Assembly (NCBI RefSeq): GCF_009914755.1 | Contig: NC_060946.1 | Reading direction: 5' to 3' (one strand) | Source of the DNA: the human T2T-CHM13v2.0 reference genome, Homo sapiens | DNA: 64,000 bases | Part shown: in pieces, positions 31,093 through 45,600 of the stretch | Layout: each line of letters starts with the position of its first letter | Position numbering within the stretch: the stretch's first letter is position 1 | Made by a program: the position numbers and the translations under genes | The notes under the pieces: generated by a model | The model's database searches: none | Told to the model about the DNA's origin: nothing | The model's input: only the letters and a program-made list of their open reading frames with translations

Positions 31093-34000
31093 TTTAGTCA
31101 AAGCCTGGAGAATAGTTACATCTCCTGGATGATCAGTTCAGAAATACGTCACAATGCCCCCTCCCTGCGGAGCCTACAGAAGATTTGCATCATTTGGGTG
31201 ATCAGTGCAGAGATATATCACAATGTCCCCTGTACAAAAAGCATGGAAATGATTTACACCACCTCGGTGATCAGTGCATACGTATGTCAGAAATCCCCAG
31301 TAGGCTGAACCTAGACAAGGGTTACATCACTTAGGTGATCAGTGTAGAGATATGTGAAAAGTCCCATGTAGACAGAGCCTAGACAAGTGTTCCATCAGCT
31401 AGTGATCAGTGCAGGGATAAGTTGTAAAGCCCACTGTAGGCAGAGTGTAGACAAGTGTTTCCTCCCTGGGGTGATCACTGTAGAGATATGTCACAAAGCC
31501 CCTGTAAGCAGAACCTTGACAAGGGTTACATCACCTGTTTGATCAGTGGAAATGTATATCACAAAGTCCCCTGTAGGCAAAGCCCAGACAATTGTTACAT
31601 CACCTGGGTGAGCATTGGAGAGATCTGTCACAATGCCCCTGTAGGCAGAGATTAAACAAGGGTTACATCACCTGGGTGATCAGTGCAGAGATATGTCAAA
31701 ACACTCCTGTAGGATGAACCTAGACAGGAGTAACCACCCGGGTGATCAGTGCAGAGATATGTGAGAATTCCCGTGTAGACAGAGTCTAGACAAGCGTTAC
31801 ATCACCTAGGTTATAAGTGCAGGTATAAGTAGTAAAGCCTCCTGTAGGCAGAGCGTAGACAAGAGTTCCCTCCCAAGGGTGATAAGTGCAGAGATGTGTC
31901 ACAAAGCCCCCATAGGCAGAGCCTAGACAAGAGTTTCATCACTTGGTTGATCAGTTCAGAGATGTGTCAAAATGTCCATGTAGGCAGATCTAAGAAAAGA
32001 GTCCATCACCTGGGTGATCAGTGCAGAGATATGTACCAATGTCCCCTGTAGGCAGTGCCTAGACAAGAGTTACATCACCTCAGAGATCAGTGCATAGATC
32101 TGTCACAAAGCCTTCTATAGGCAAACCCATACAAGGCTTACATCATCTAGGTGACCAGCGCAGAGATACGTCACACAAATCCTTGTAGAGAGAGCCTAGA
32201 CAAGGGTTACATCACCTAGATGAACACTACAGAGATATTTCACAATACCCCCTGTAGGCAGATCGTAGACAAGAGTTGAATCACCTGGGTGATCAGTGCA
32301 GAGATATTTCACAATGACCCCTATGGGTAGACGGTAGACAAGAGTTACATCACCTAGGTGATCCAAGGAGAGATTTGTCAAAATTCCCAGTAGGCAGTAC
32401 TTATAGAAGTGTTACATCACCTAAGTGATCAGTGCAGAGATATGTCACAAAGCTCCTGTAGGCAGAACTTAGATGAGTTATATCACCTGGGAGATCAGTG
32501 CAAAGGTATGTCACAAAGCCCCATGTAGGCAAAGCCTAGACAATAGTTCCATCACTTGGGTGATCAGTGGCGAGATCTCTCACAATTCCCCTGTAGGTAG
32601 AGCTTATACAACAGTTACCTCACCTGGGTGATCAGTGCAGAGATATGTCACAATGCCCCCATAGGAAGATCCAAGACAAGAGTCCGTCACCTGGGTGATC
32701 AGTGCAGAGATATGTGAGAAATCCCGTGTAGGCAGAGCCTAGACAAGTGTTACATCAACTAGGTTATCAGTGCAGGTATAAGTCATAAAGCCTCCTACAG
32801 GCAGAGCGTAGAAAAGAGTTCCCTCCCCAGGGTGATCAGTGCAGAGATGTGTCACAAAGCCCTGTAGGCAGAGCCCAGACAAGAGATTCATCACTTGGTT
32901 GATCAGTTCAGAGATGTGTCACAATCTCCATGTAGGCAGATCTAAGACAAGAGTCCATCACCTGGGTGATCAGTGCAGAGATATGGACCAATATCCCCTG
33001 TAGGCAGTGCCTAGACAAGAGTTGCATCACCTCAGAGATCAGTGCTGAGATATTTCACAAAGCCTTCTGTAGGCAAAGCCCATACAAGGCTTACATCACC
33101 TAGGTGATCAGTGCAGCGATATGTCACAAAAATCCCTGCAGACAGAGACTAGAAAAGAGGTACATCAACTGGGAGATCAGTGCAGATATTTGACACAATG
33201 CCCCCATAGACAGAGCCTAGACAAGACTTCCATCACCTTGGCGATAAGTGCAGAGATATGTCACAAATCCCCCTCTAGGCAGAGTACAGAGAAGAGTCCC
33301 ATCACCTGGGTGATCAGTGCAGAGATATTTCACAATGCCCCCTGTGGGCAGAGAGTGGACAAGAGTTACATAACCTAGGTGATCTGTGCAGAGCTATATC
33401 AAAACGCCCCTGTAGGCAGAGCCTAGATAAATATTACATCACCTGGGTGATCAGTGCAGAGATACGTCACAATAACCCCTGTAGGTGGAGCCTAGACAAG
33501 AGTTACATCAACTGGGTGATCAGTGCAGAGATATGTCACAAAGCCCCTGTAGGCACAGCCTAAAGAAGTGTTACATCACCTGGGTGATCAGTGAAGAAAT
33601 ATGTCACAAAGCCCCTGTAGGACGAGCCTAGACAAGAGTTGTTACATCTCCTGGGTGATCAGTGCAAAGATATGTCACAAAGCCCCCTGTAGACAAATCT
33701 CAGAAAATTGTTACATCACATGGGTGATCAGTGGAGATATCTGTCAAAATTCCCCTACAGGCGCAGCTTAGACAAGCGTTACATCACATGAGTGATCATT
33801 TCAGAGATATGTCACTATGCCCCCATAGGCAGATCCAAGACAAGAGTCCATCACCTCGGTGATCAGTGCAGATATATGCCACAATGCCACCAGTAGGCAG
33901 ATATAGAGAAAGTTACATCACCTGCGTGATCAAGGCAGAGATATGTCACAATGCCCCTGTAGGCAGAGCCTAGACGAGAGTCCCATCACCTGGGTGATCA

Positions 34001-37000
34001 GTGCAGAGTTATGTCACAATGCCCCCTCTTGACAGAGCCTAGAAAATGGTTATATCACCTGGGTGATCAGTGCAGAGATGTGCCACAACACCCCTGTAGC
34101 CAGAGCCTAGACCAGAGTTACATCACCTGGGTGATCAGTGCAGAGATATGTCATAAATCCCACTGTAGGCAAAGCCTAGACAAGTTTTACATCACCTCAG
34201 CGATCAGTGCAGAAATATGGCCCAATATCCCTCTAGGCAGAGCTTAGACAAGAGTCACATCTCCTGGGTGATCAGTGCAGAGAAAAGTCACAATGCCCCC
34301 GTAGGCAGAGCATAGACGAGAGTTCCATAACCCGGGTGATCCGTGCAGAGTGATGTCACAACGCCCTCTGTAGGCAGAGAGTAGAAAAGAGTTACATCAC
34401 CTGGGTGATCAGTGCAGATATATGTCACAATACCCGATGTAGGCAGAGCATAGAGAAGAGTGGCATCACCTCGGTGATCAGTGCAGATATATGTCACAAT
34501 GTCCCCTGCAGGCAAAGCCTAGGCAAGAGTTACATCACGTTTGTCATCAGTTTAGGGATATGTGAAAACGCCCCTGTAGGCAGAGCCTAGACAAGAGTTA
34601 CATCACCTAGTTAATCAGTGCAGAGATATTTCACAATACACACTGTAGGCAGTTACTAGGCAAGAGTTGAATCACCTGGGTGATCAGTGCAGAGATATTT
34701 CACAATGCCCCCTTTGGGCAGAGGGTAGACAAGAGTTACATCACCGAGGTGATCCGTGCAGAGATTTGTCAAAATTCCCTTTGGCAGTGCTCATAAAAGT
34801 GTTACATCACCTAAGTGATCAGTGTAAAGATATGTCACAAAGCTCCTGTAGGAAGAACTTAGATGAGTTACGTCACCTGGGAGATCAGTGCAAAGGTATG
34901 TCACAAAGCCCCATGTAGGCAAAGCCTAGACAATAGTTCCATCACTTGGGTGATCAGTGGCGAGATCTCTCACAATACCCCTGTAGGCAGAGCTTATACA
35001 ACAGTTACATCATCTGGGTGATCAGTGCAGAGATATGTCACAATGCCCCCATAGGCAGATCCAAGACAAGAGTCCGTCACCTGGGTGATCAGTGCAGAGA
35101 TATGTGAGAATTCCCGTGTAGGCAGTGTCTAGACAAGAGTTACATCACCTAGGATATCAGTGCAGGTATAAGTCATAAAGCCTCCTGTAGGCAGAGCGTA
35201 GACAAGAGTTCCCTCCCCAGGGTGATCAGTGCAGAGATGTGTCACAAAGCCCCTGTAGGCAGAGCCTAGACAAGAGTTTCATCACTTGGTTGATCAGTTC
35301 AGAGATGTGTCACAATCTCCATGTAGGCAGATCTAAGACAAGAGTCCATTACCTGGGTGATCAGTGCAGAGATATGTACCAATGTCCCCTGAAGGCAGTG
35401 CCTAGACAAGAGTTGCATCACCTCAGATGTCAGTGCATAGATATGTCACAAAGCCTTCTGTAGGCAAAGCCCATACAAGGCTTACATCACCTAGGTGATC
35501 AGTGCAGTGATATGTCACAAAAATCCCTGTAGACAGAGCCTAGAAAAGAGTTACATCACCTGGGTGATCAGTGCAGATATTTGACACAATGCCCCCATAG
35601 ACAGAGCCTAGACAAGACTTCCATCACCTGGTTGATCAGTGCAGAGATATGTCACAAATTCCCCTCTAGGCAGAGTATAGAGAAGAGTCCCATCACCTGG
35701 GTTATCAGTGCAGAGATATTTCACAATGCCCCCTGTAGACAGAGAGTGGACAAGAGTTACATAACCTAGGTGATCTGTGAAGAGCTATGCCAAAACGCCC
35801 CTGTAGGCAGAGCCTAGATAAATGTTACATCACCTGGGTGATCAGTGCAGAGATACCTCACAATAACCCCTGTAGGTGGAGCCTAGACAAGAGTTACATC
35901 AACTGGGTGATCAGTGCAGAGATATGTCACAAAGCCCCTGTAGGCAGAGCCTAAACAAGAGTTACATCACCTGGCTGATCAGTGCAGAAATATGTCACAA
36001 AGCCCCTGTAGGCCCTGCCTAGCCAAGAGTTGTTACCTCTCCTGGGTGATCAGTGCAAAGATATGGCACAAAGCCCCCTGTAGATAAATCCCAGAAAATT
36101 GTTACATCACCTGGGTGATCAGTGGAGATATCTGTCAAAATTCCCCTTCAGGCACAGCTTGGACAAGCGTTACATCCCATGAGTGATCAGTGCAGAGATA
36201 AGTCACTATGCCCCCATAGGCAGATCCAAGACAAGAGTCCATCACCTGGGTGATCAGTGCAGAAATATGTCACAATGTCGACAGTAGGCAGATACAGACA
36301 AGAGTTACATCACCTGCGTGATCACTGCAGAGATATGTCACAATGCCCCTGTAGGCAGAGCCTAGACACGAGTCCCATCACCTGGGCGATCAGCGCAGAG
36401 TTATGTCACAATGCCCCCTTTTGACAGAGCCTAGACAAGGGTTACATCACCTGGGTGATCAGTGCAGAGATGTGTCACAAGCCCGCTGTAGCCAGAGCCT
36501 ATATATGAGATACACCAGCTATGTGATCAGTGCAGTGACATGTCACAATGTCCCTGTAGCCATATCCTTGAGAAAAGTGACATCACCTCGGTGATCAGTG
36601 CGTAGATATGTCACAATATCTCCAATAGGCAGATTAGACAAGAGTTACATCTCCTGGGTGATCAGGGCAGAGATATGTCACAATGCCCCCTGTAAGCAGA
36701 TCCCAGACAAGAGTTGCATCACCTCGGTGATCAGTGCAGTGATATGTCTCAATGCCCCCTGTCATTGAAGCCTATACAAGAGTAACATCATCTCGGTGAT
36801 CAGTGCAGTGATATGTTAAAATGCCCCTGTAGGCAGAGCCTAGACAAGAGTCACATCACCTGGGTGATCAGTGCAGAGATATCTCACAATAACCCCTGTA
36901 AGCAGAGCCTACACAACAGTTACAACACCTGGGTGATCAGTGCAGAGATATGTCATGAATCTCACTGTAGGCAAAGCCTAGACAAGTTTTACACCACCTC

Positions 37001-40000
37001 AGCGATCAGTGCAGGGATATGTCCCAATGTCCCTCAAGGCAGAGCTTAGACAAGAGTCACATCTCCTGGGTGATCAGTGCAGAGATAAGTCACAATGACC
37101 CTGTAGGCAGAGCCTAGACAATAGTTACATAACCCGGGTGATCCGTGCAGAGTCATGTCACAACGCCCTCTGTAGGCAGAGACTAGAAAAGAGTTACATC
37201 ACCTTTGTGATCAGTGCAGAGATATGTCACAATGCCCCCTGTAGGCAGAGCATAGAGAAGAGTTGCAACACCTGGGTGATCAGTGCAGAGATATGTCACA
37301 AAGCTCCTGTAGGCAGAACTTAGATGAGTTACATCACCTGGGAGATCAGTGCAAAGGTATGTCACAAAGCCCCATGTAGGCAAAGCCTAGACAACAGTTA
37401 CATCACTTGGGTGATCAGTGGCGAGATCTCTCACAATTCCCCTGTAGACAGAGCTTATACAACAGTTACATCACCTGGGTGATCAGTGCAGAGATATGTC
37501 ACAATGCCCCCATAGGCAGATCCAAGGCAAGAGTCCGTCACCTCGGTGATCAGTGCAGAGATATGTGAGAATTCCCGTGTAGGCAGAGCCTAGACAAGTG
37601 TTACATCAACTAGGTTAGCAGTGCAGGTATAAGTCATAAAGCCTCCTGTAGGCAGAGCGTAGACAAGAGTTCCCTCCCCAGGGTGATCAGTGCAGAGATG
37701 TGTCACAAAGCCCCTGTAGGCAGAGCCTAGACAAGAGTTTCATCACTTGGTTGATCAGTTCAGAGATGTGTCACAATGTCCACGTAGGCAGATCTAAGTC
37801 AAGACTCCATCACCTGGGTGATCTGTGCAGAGATATGTACCAATGTCCCCTGTAGGCAGTGCCTAGACAAGAGTTGCATCACCTCAGAGATCAGTGCAGA
37901 GATATTTCACAAAGCCTTCTGTAGGCAAAACCCATACAAGGCTTACATCACCTAGGTGATCAGTGCAGTGATATGTCAAAAAAATCTCCGTAGACAGAGC
38001 CTAGAAAAGAGGTACATCACCTGGGTGATCAGTGCAGATATTTGACAGAATGCCCCCATAGACAGAGCCTAGACAAGACTTCCATCACCTTGGCGATCAG
38101 TGCAGAGATATGTCACAAATCCCCCTCTAAGCAGAGTACAGAGAAGAGTCCCATCACCTGATTGACCAGTGCAGAGATGTTTCACAATGTCCCCTGTAGA
38201 CAGAGAGTGGGCAAGGGTTACATAACCTAGGTGATCTGTGCAGAGCTATGTCAAAACGCCCCTGTAGGCAGAGCCTAGATAAATGTTACATCACCTGGGT
38301 GATCAGCGCAGAGATAGGTCACAATACCCCTGTAGGTGGAGCCTAGACAAGAGTTACATCAACTGGGTGATCAGTGCAGAGATATGTCACAAATCCCTGA
38401 TAGGCAGAGCCTAGACAAGAGTCCCATCACCTGGGTGATCATTGCAGAGTTATGTCACAAAGCCCCCTTTTGACAGAGCCTAGACAAGGGTTACATCACC
38501 TGGGTGATCATTGCAGAGATGTGTCACAAGCCCCCTGTAGCCAGAGCCTGGAAAAGAGTTACATCTGCTGTGTGATCAGTGCAGTGACATTTCACAATGT
38601 CCCTGTAGCCATATCCTTGAGAAAAGTGACATCACCTGGGTGATCAGTGCGGAGATATATCACATTGTCTCCAGTAGGCAGAGCCTAGACAAGAGTTACA
38701 TCACCTGGGTGATCAGGGCATAGATATGTCACAATGACCCCTGTAAGCAGATATGAGACAAGAGTTGCATCACCTCGGTGATCAGTGCAGATTTATGTCT
38801 CAATGCACCTTTTCAGCGAAGCCTATACAAAAGTTACATCATCTCGGTGATCAGTGCAGTGATATGTTAAAATGCCCCTGTAGGCAGAGCCTAGACAAGA
38901 GTTACATCACCTGGGTGATCAGTGCAGAGATATCTCATCATACTCCCTTTAAGCAGAACCTAGACAAGAGTTACATCACCTGGGTGATTAATGCAGAGAT
39001 ATGTCATAAATCCCACGTAGGCAAAGCCTAGACAAGTTTTATATAACCTCAGCGATCAGTGCAGAGATATGTCCCAATGTCCCTCTAGGCAGAGCTTAGA
39101 AAAGGGTCACACCTCCTGAGTGATCAGTGCAGAGATAAGTCACAATGCCCCCATAGGCAGAGCCTAGAGGAGAGTTACATAACCCTGGTGATCCGTGCAG
39201 AGTGATGTCACAACGCCCTCTGTAGGCAGAGACTAGAAAAGAGTTACATCACCTGGGTGATCAGTGCAGAGATATGTCACAATGCCCCCAGGAGGCAGAG
39301 CATAGAGAAGAGTTGCATCACATGGGTGATCAGTGCAGAGATATGTCAAAATGTCCCCTGTAGGCAGAGCATAGAGAAGAGTTGCATCACATGGGTGATC
39401 AGTGCAGAGATATGTCAGAATGTCCCCTGTAGGCAGAGCATAGAGAAGAGTTGCATCACCTGGGTGATCAGTGCGGAGATATGTCACAATGTCCCCTGTA
39501 GGCAAAGCCTAGGCAAGAGTTGCATCACCTAGGTGATCAGTGCAGATATATGTCCAATGTCCCCTGTAGGCAAAGCCTAGGCAAGAGTTACATCACCTTT
39601 GTCATCAGTTCAGGGATATGTGAAAATGCCCCTGTAGGCAGAGGTTAGAGAAGAGTTACATCACTTTGTTGATCAGTGCAGATATGTTTCACAATACCCC
39701 CTGTAGGCAGATCTTAGACAAGAGTTGAATCACCTTGGTGATCAGTGCAGAGATATTTCACAATGCCCCCTTTGGGCAGAGGGTAGACAAGAGATACATC
39801 ACCTAGGTGATCCGTGCAAAGATTTGTCAAATTTCCCTGAAGGCAGTGCTTATAAAAGTGTTACATCAGCTAAGTGATCAGTGCAGAGATATGTCACAAA
39901 GCTCCTGTAAGCAGAATTTAGATGAGTTACATAACCGGGTGATCATTGCACAGGTATGTCACAAAGCCCCCTGTAGGCAAAGCCTAGACAATAGTTCCAT

Positions 40001-42750
40001 CACTTGGGTGATCAGTGGCGAGGTCTCTCACAATTCCCCTGTAGGCAGAGCTTATACAAGAGTTACATCACCTAGGTGATCAGTGCAGAGATATTTCACA
40101 ATGCCCTTGCAGGCAGAGCGTAAGCAAGAGTTACATCACCTAGATGATCAGCGCATAGATATGTCACAAGGCCCCCTATAGGCAGAGCCTGGACAAGAGT
40201 TACATCACCTCGGTGATCAATGCAGCGATATGTCACTATGCCCCGTAGGCAGAGCCTAGTCAAGCGTTACATCACCTGGGTGATCAGTGCACATATATGT
40301 CACAAAGCCCCCATACACAGAGCCTAGACGAGAGTCCCATCACCTGGGTATTCAGTGCAGAGTTCTGTCACAAATTCCCTTTAGGCAGATCCTAGACAAG
40401 TGTTACATCACTTGGATGATCAGTGTAAAGATATGTCACAATGTCACTGTAGGCAGAGTCTAGACAAGAGTTACATGACGTAGGTGATCAGTGCAGAGAT
40501 ACATCGCAATGTCCCTGTAGGCAGAGCCTTGACAAATGGTACATCACCTGGGTGATCATTGCAGGGATATGTCACAAATCACCCTGTAGGCAGATCCTAG
40601 AAAAGAGTTACATCACCTAGGTGATCAGTGCAGAGATTTGTCAAAATTCCCTGTGGGCAGTGCTTATATAAGTGTTGCATCACCTAAGAGATCAGTGCAG
40701 AGATACGTCACAAAGCTCCTGTAGGCAGAATTTAGATGAGTTTACATCACCTCGGTGATCAGTGCAAAGCTATGTCACAAACCCCCTGTAGGCAAAGCCT
40801 AGACAATAGTTACATCACTTGTGTGATCAGTGGTGAGATCTCTCACAATTCCCCTGTCGGCAGAGATTATACAATAGTTACATCACCTGGGTGATCAGTG
40901 CAGAGATATGTAACAGTACCCCCATAGGCAGATCCAAGACAAGAGTCCGTCACCGGGGTGATCAGTGCAGAAATATGTCACAAAACCCCCTTAGGCAGAG
41001 CCTAGACAAAAGACCCATCACCTGGATGATTAGTGCAGAGTTATGTCACAAAGTCCCTTTAGGCAGATCTTAGACAAGAGTTACATCACTTGGATGATCA
41101 GTGCAGAGATATGTCACAATGCCATTGTAAGCAGAGCCTAGATAAGTGTTACATGACCTAGGTGAACACTGCAGGGATACATCGCAATGTCCCTGTAGGC
41201 AGAGCCTTGACAAGTGGTACATCACCTGGGTGATCATTGCAGGGATATGTCACAAGGCACCCTGTAGGCATATCCTAGAAAAGAGTTACATCACCTGGGT
41301 GATCAGTGCAGAGATATGTCACAATGCCACTGTAGGCAGAGCCTAGACAAGAGTTACATGACCTAGGTGATCAGTGCAGAGATACATCGCAATGCCCCTG
41401 TAGGTAGAGCCTTGGCTAGTGGCATGTCACCTGGGTGATCATTGCAGGGATATGTCACAAGGCACCCTGTAGGCATATCCTAGAAAAGAGTTACATCACC
41501 TGGGTGATCAGTGCAGAGATATGTCACAATGCCACTGTAGGCAGAGCCTAGACAAGAGTTACATGACCTAGGTGATCAGTGCAGAGATACATCGCAATGC
41601 CCCTGTAGGCAGAGCCTTGAAAAGTGGTATATCACCTGGGTGATCATTGCAGGGATATGTCACAAAGCACCCTGTAGGCAGATCCTAGAGAAGAGTTATA
41701 TCACCTGAGTGATCAGTGCAGAGATATGTCACAAGCCCCCTGTAGGCAGAGCCTAGACAAGAGTTATATCACCTGGGTGATCAGTGCAGTGATATGTCAC
41801 AATGCCGTGCAGCCAGAGCCTAGACTAAATTTACAGCACCTGGGAGATCAGTGCAGAGATATGTCACAATGTCCCCAGTAGGCAGAGACCAGGCAAGAGT
41901 TGGATCACCTCGGGATCAGTGCAGAGATATGTCTCAATCCCCCTGTGGGCACAGCCTAGACAAGAGTTACATCACCTAGGTTAACAGTGCAGAGATATGT
42001 CGAAATGTCCTGTAGGCAGAACCTACACAAGTGTTACATCACTTAGGTAATCAGTGCAGAGATATGTCACAATACCCCCTGTAAGCAGAGCCTAGACAAG
42101 AGTTAGATCACCTGGGTGAACAATGAAGAGATATGTGGCAACGCCCCTTTAAGCAGAGCCTAGACAATAGTTACATCACCTGAGTGATCAGTGCAGAGAT
42201 CTGTCACAATGCCCCTTTAGGCAGAGCTCAGAACAGAGTTACATCACCTGGGTGATCAGTGCGGATATATGTCACAATGCCCCCATAGGCAAATCCAAGA
42301 CAAGGGTCTGTCACCTGGGTGATCAGTGCAGAAATATGTGACAATGCCCCCAGTAGGCAGAGCCAAGAGAAGAGTCCCACTACCTGGGTGATCAGTGCAG
42401 AGATATGTGACAAGGACCCTTTAAGAAGAACCTAGACTATAGTTACATCACCTGAGTGATCAGTGCAGAGATCTGTCACAATGACCCTTTAGGCAGAGCT
42501 TAGACCAGAGTTACATCACCTGCGTGATCAGTGCAGAGATATTTCACAATGCCCCCATAGGGAGATCCAACACAAGAGTTACATCACCTGGGTGATCAGT
42601 GTAGAGATATGTCACAATGCCCCCATAGGCATAGCCTAGAAAAAAGTCCCATCACCTGGGTGATCAGTGCAGAGATATGTCACAAAGTCCCAGTAGGCAG
42701 AGCCTAGACAAGGTTTACATCACTTTGTTGATCAGTTCCGAGATGTGTCA
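31093..42750 (+). repeat. Beta satellite (68-bp Sau3A/BSR) array, block 1
   Basis: Tandem ~68-69 bp monomers 'gatcagtgcagagatatgtcacaatgcccctgtaggcagagcctagacaagagttacatcacctgggt', head-to-tail, with a GATC site in most monomers. Confidence 0.95.
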
Positions 42751-43342
42751 TGCTGACTGTTTGATCCTGGAGCTCTGTGGGCACCAGTAAACATGCAGGG
42801 AAGGGTGGAAGAAAGGCATGGTGCCTTCGCTCTACTTGCCAGTTTCCAAACCGGCCACACAGCAGACTCCCCATGTTGCCGCACAAGGGAATCCAACGTC
42901 AAGCCATCACGCTGGGGAGGCATCTTCTCTCTGGTGTCTTGCTGTAGTCTCCTATGTGGAAATGAACGAGAGCCACACGCCTGCGTGTGTGAGACTGTCC
43001 TGGCAATGGCGACACCCACAGGCACTGCCTCCTTCAGGGAGAGAGGGCCTGGAACACTCAAGACTCCCACGGAGGTTCAGTTCCACACTCCTTTCCACTC
43101 TCCCAGGCCGGTTTCTCCCTGCTGAAGACGCGTGGGAGCCCAGAGAGCGGTTTCCAGTTCCCGCGGGATTCCTGGAGAGGTCCGGAGAGCCAGCCCCCGA
43201 AACGCAACCCCCTCACGCCTTCCACCTCGCCCCCTTCCTCTTCGTCTCTCCGGCCCCACCACCACCATCTCCACGCCCTCCCCCCCCCCACCCCACCACA
43301 GCCCGGCGGCAGTCCTCGACGCCCTGGGACCCTTCCGGGGTG

Positions 43343-44932
<1,590 letters not shown>

Positions 44933-44957
44933 CCAGCCTGGGATTCCTGCCTTCTAG

Positions 44958-45039
44958 GTGTAGGCCCGGTGAGAAAATCCACCCAGCGAAAAACTTCCAT
45001 TCTTTCCTGGGCATCCCGGGGATCCCAGACCCGGCCCAG
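44958..45039 (+). other. DUX4 exon-2 homolog (non-coding) with AG/GT splice dinucleotides retained
   Basis: 'cttctag|GTGTAGGCCCGGTGAG...CCGGCCCAG|gtaccagcag' matches the DUX4 exon-2 boundaries as recalled. Confidence 0.7.
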
Positions 45040-45408
45040 GTACCAGCAGGTGGGCCGCCTACTGCGCACGCGCGTGTTTGTGGGCAGCCGCCTGGGATGT
45101 GGGAGCAGCCCGAGCAGAGCTCTCATGCCTTTCCACCACCCCACCCCCACCTGACCACCCCCACACCACCCTCACCACCCACCCCCAGAAAATGCGTCCT
45201 CCCCTGGGCTGAGTGGAGACCCCCGTCCCGTGAAACACCGTGCTCGCACAGCATCCAGGCCTGACACCCCACCGGCGGCTCGCCTCCGTTGCGCATCCAC
45301 GCCACCATCGCCAGCCCGCCCGTGCCCCTGCAGCCTCCCAGCTGTCACCATGGAGCGCCCAGCGGCGGAACGCACACGTCTAGCTCTCTTTGCCAGCCTC
45401 CTGGCTAG

Positions 45409-45600
45409 ACCTGCAATAATTGTGCACCCCAGCTGACGTTCAAGGGAGACCGCTGGCCTCTCTGGGCCCTTGTCCATCTGTGAAATTCCGGCTGAGACTC
45501 TCCCAACACCTTCCGACGCTCTTTAGTCAAAGCCTGGAGAATAGTTACATCTCCTGGATGATCAGTTCAGAAATATGTCACAATGCCCTCTCCATGCGGA
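45409..45600 (+). other. pLAM/DUX4 exon-3 homolog lacking the ATTAAA poly(A) signal
   Basis: Acceptor 'cctggctag|ACCTGC'; '...ccttccgacgctctttagtcaaagcctggagaatagttacatctcctggatgatcagttcagaaatatGTCACAatgccc' has GTCACA (45577-45582) at the PAS position. Confidence 0.75.
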
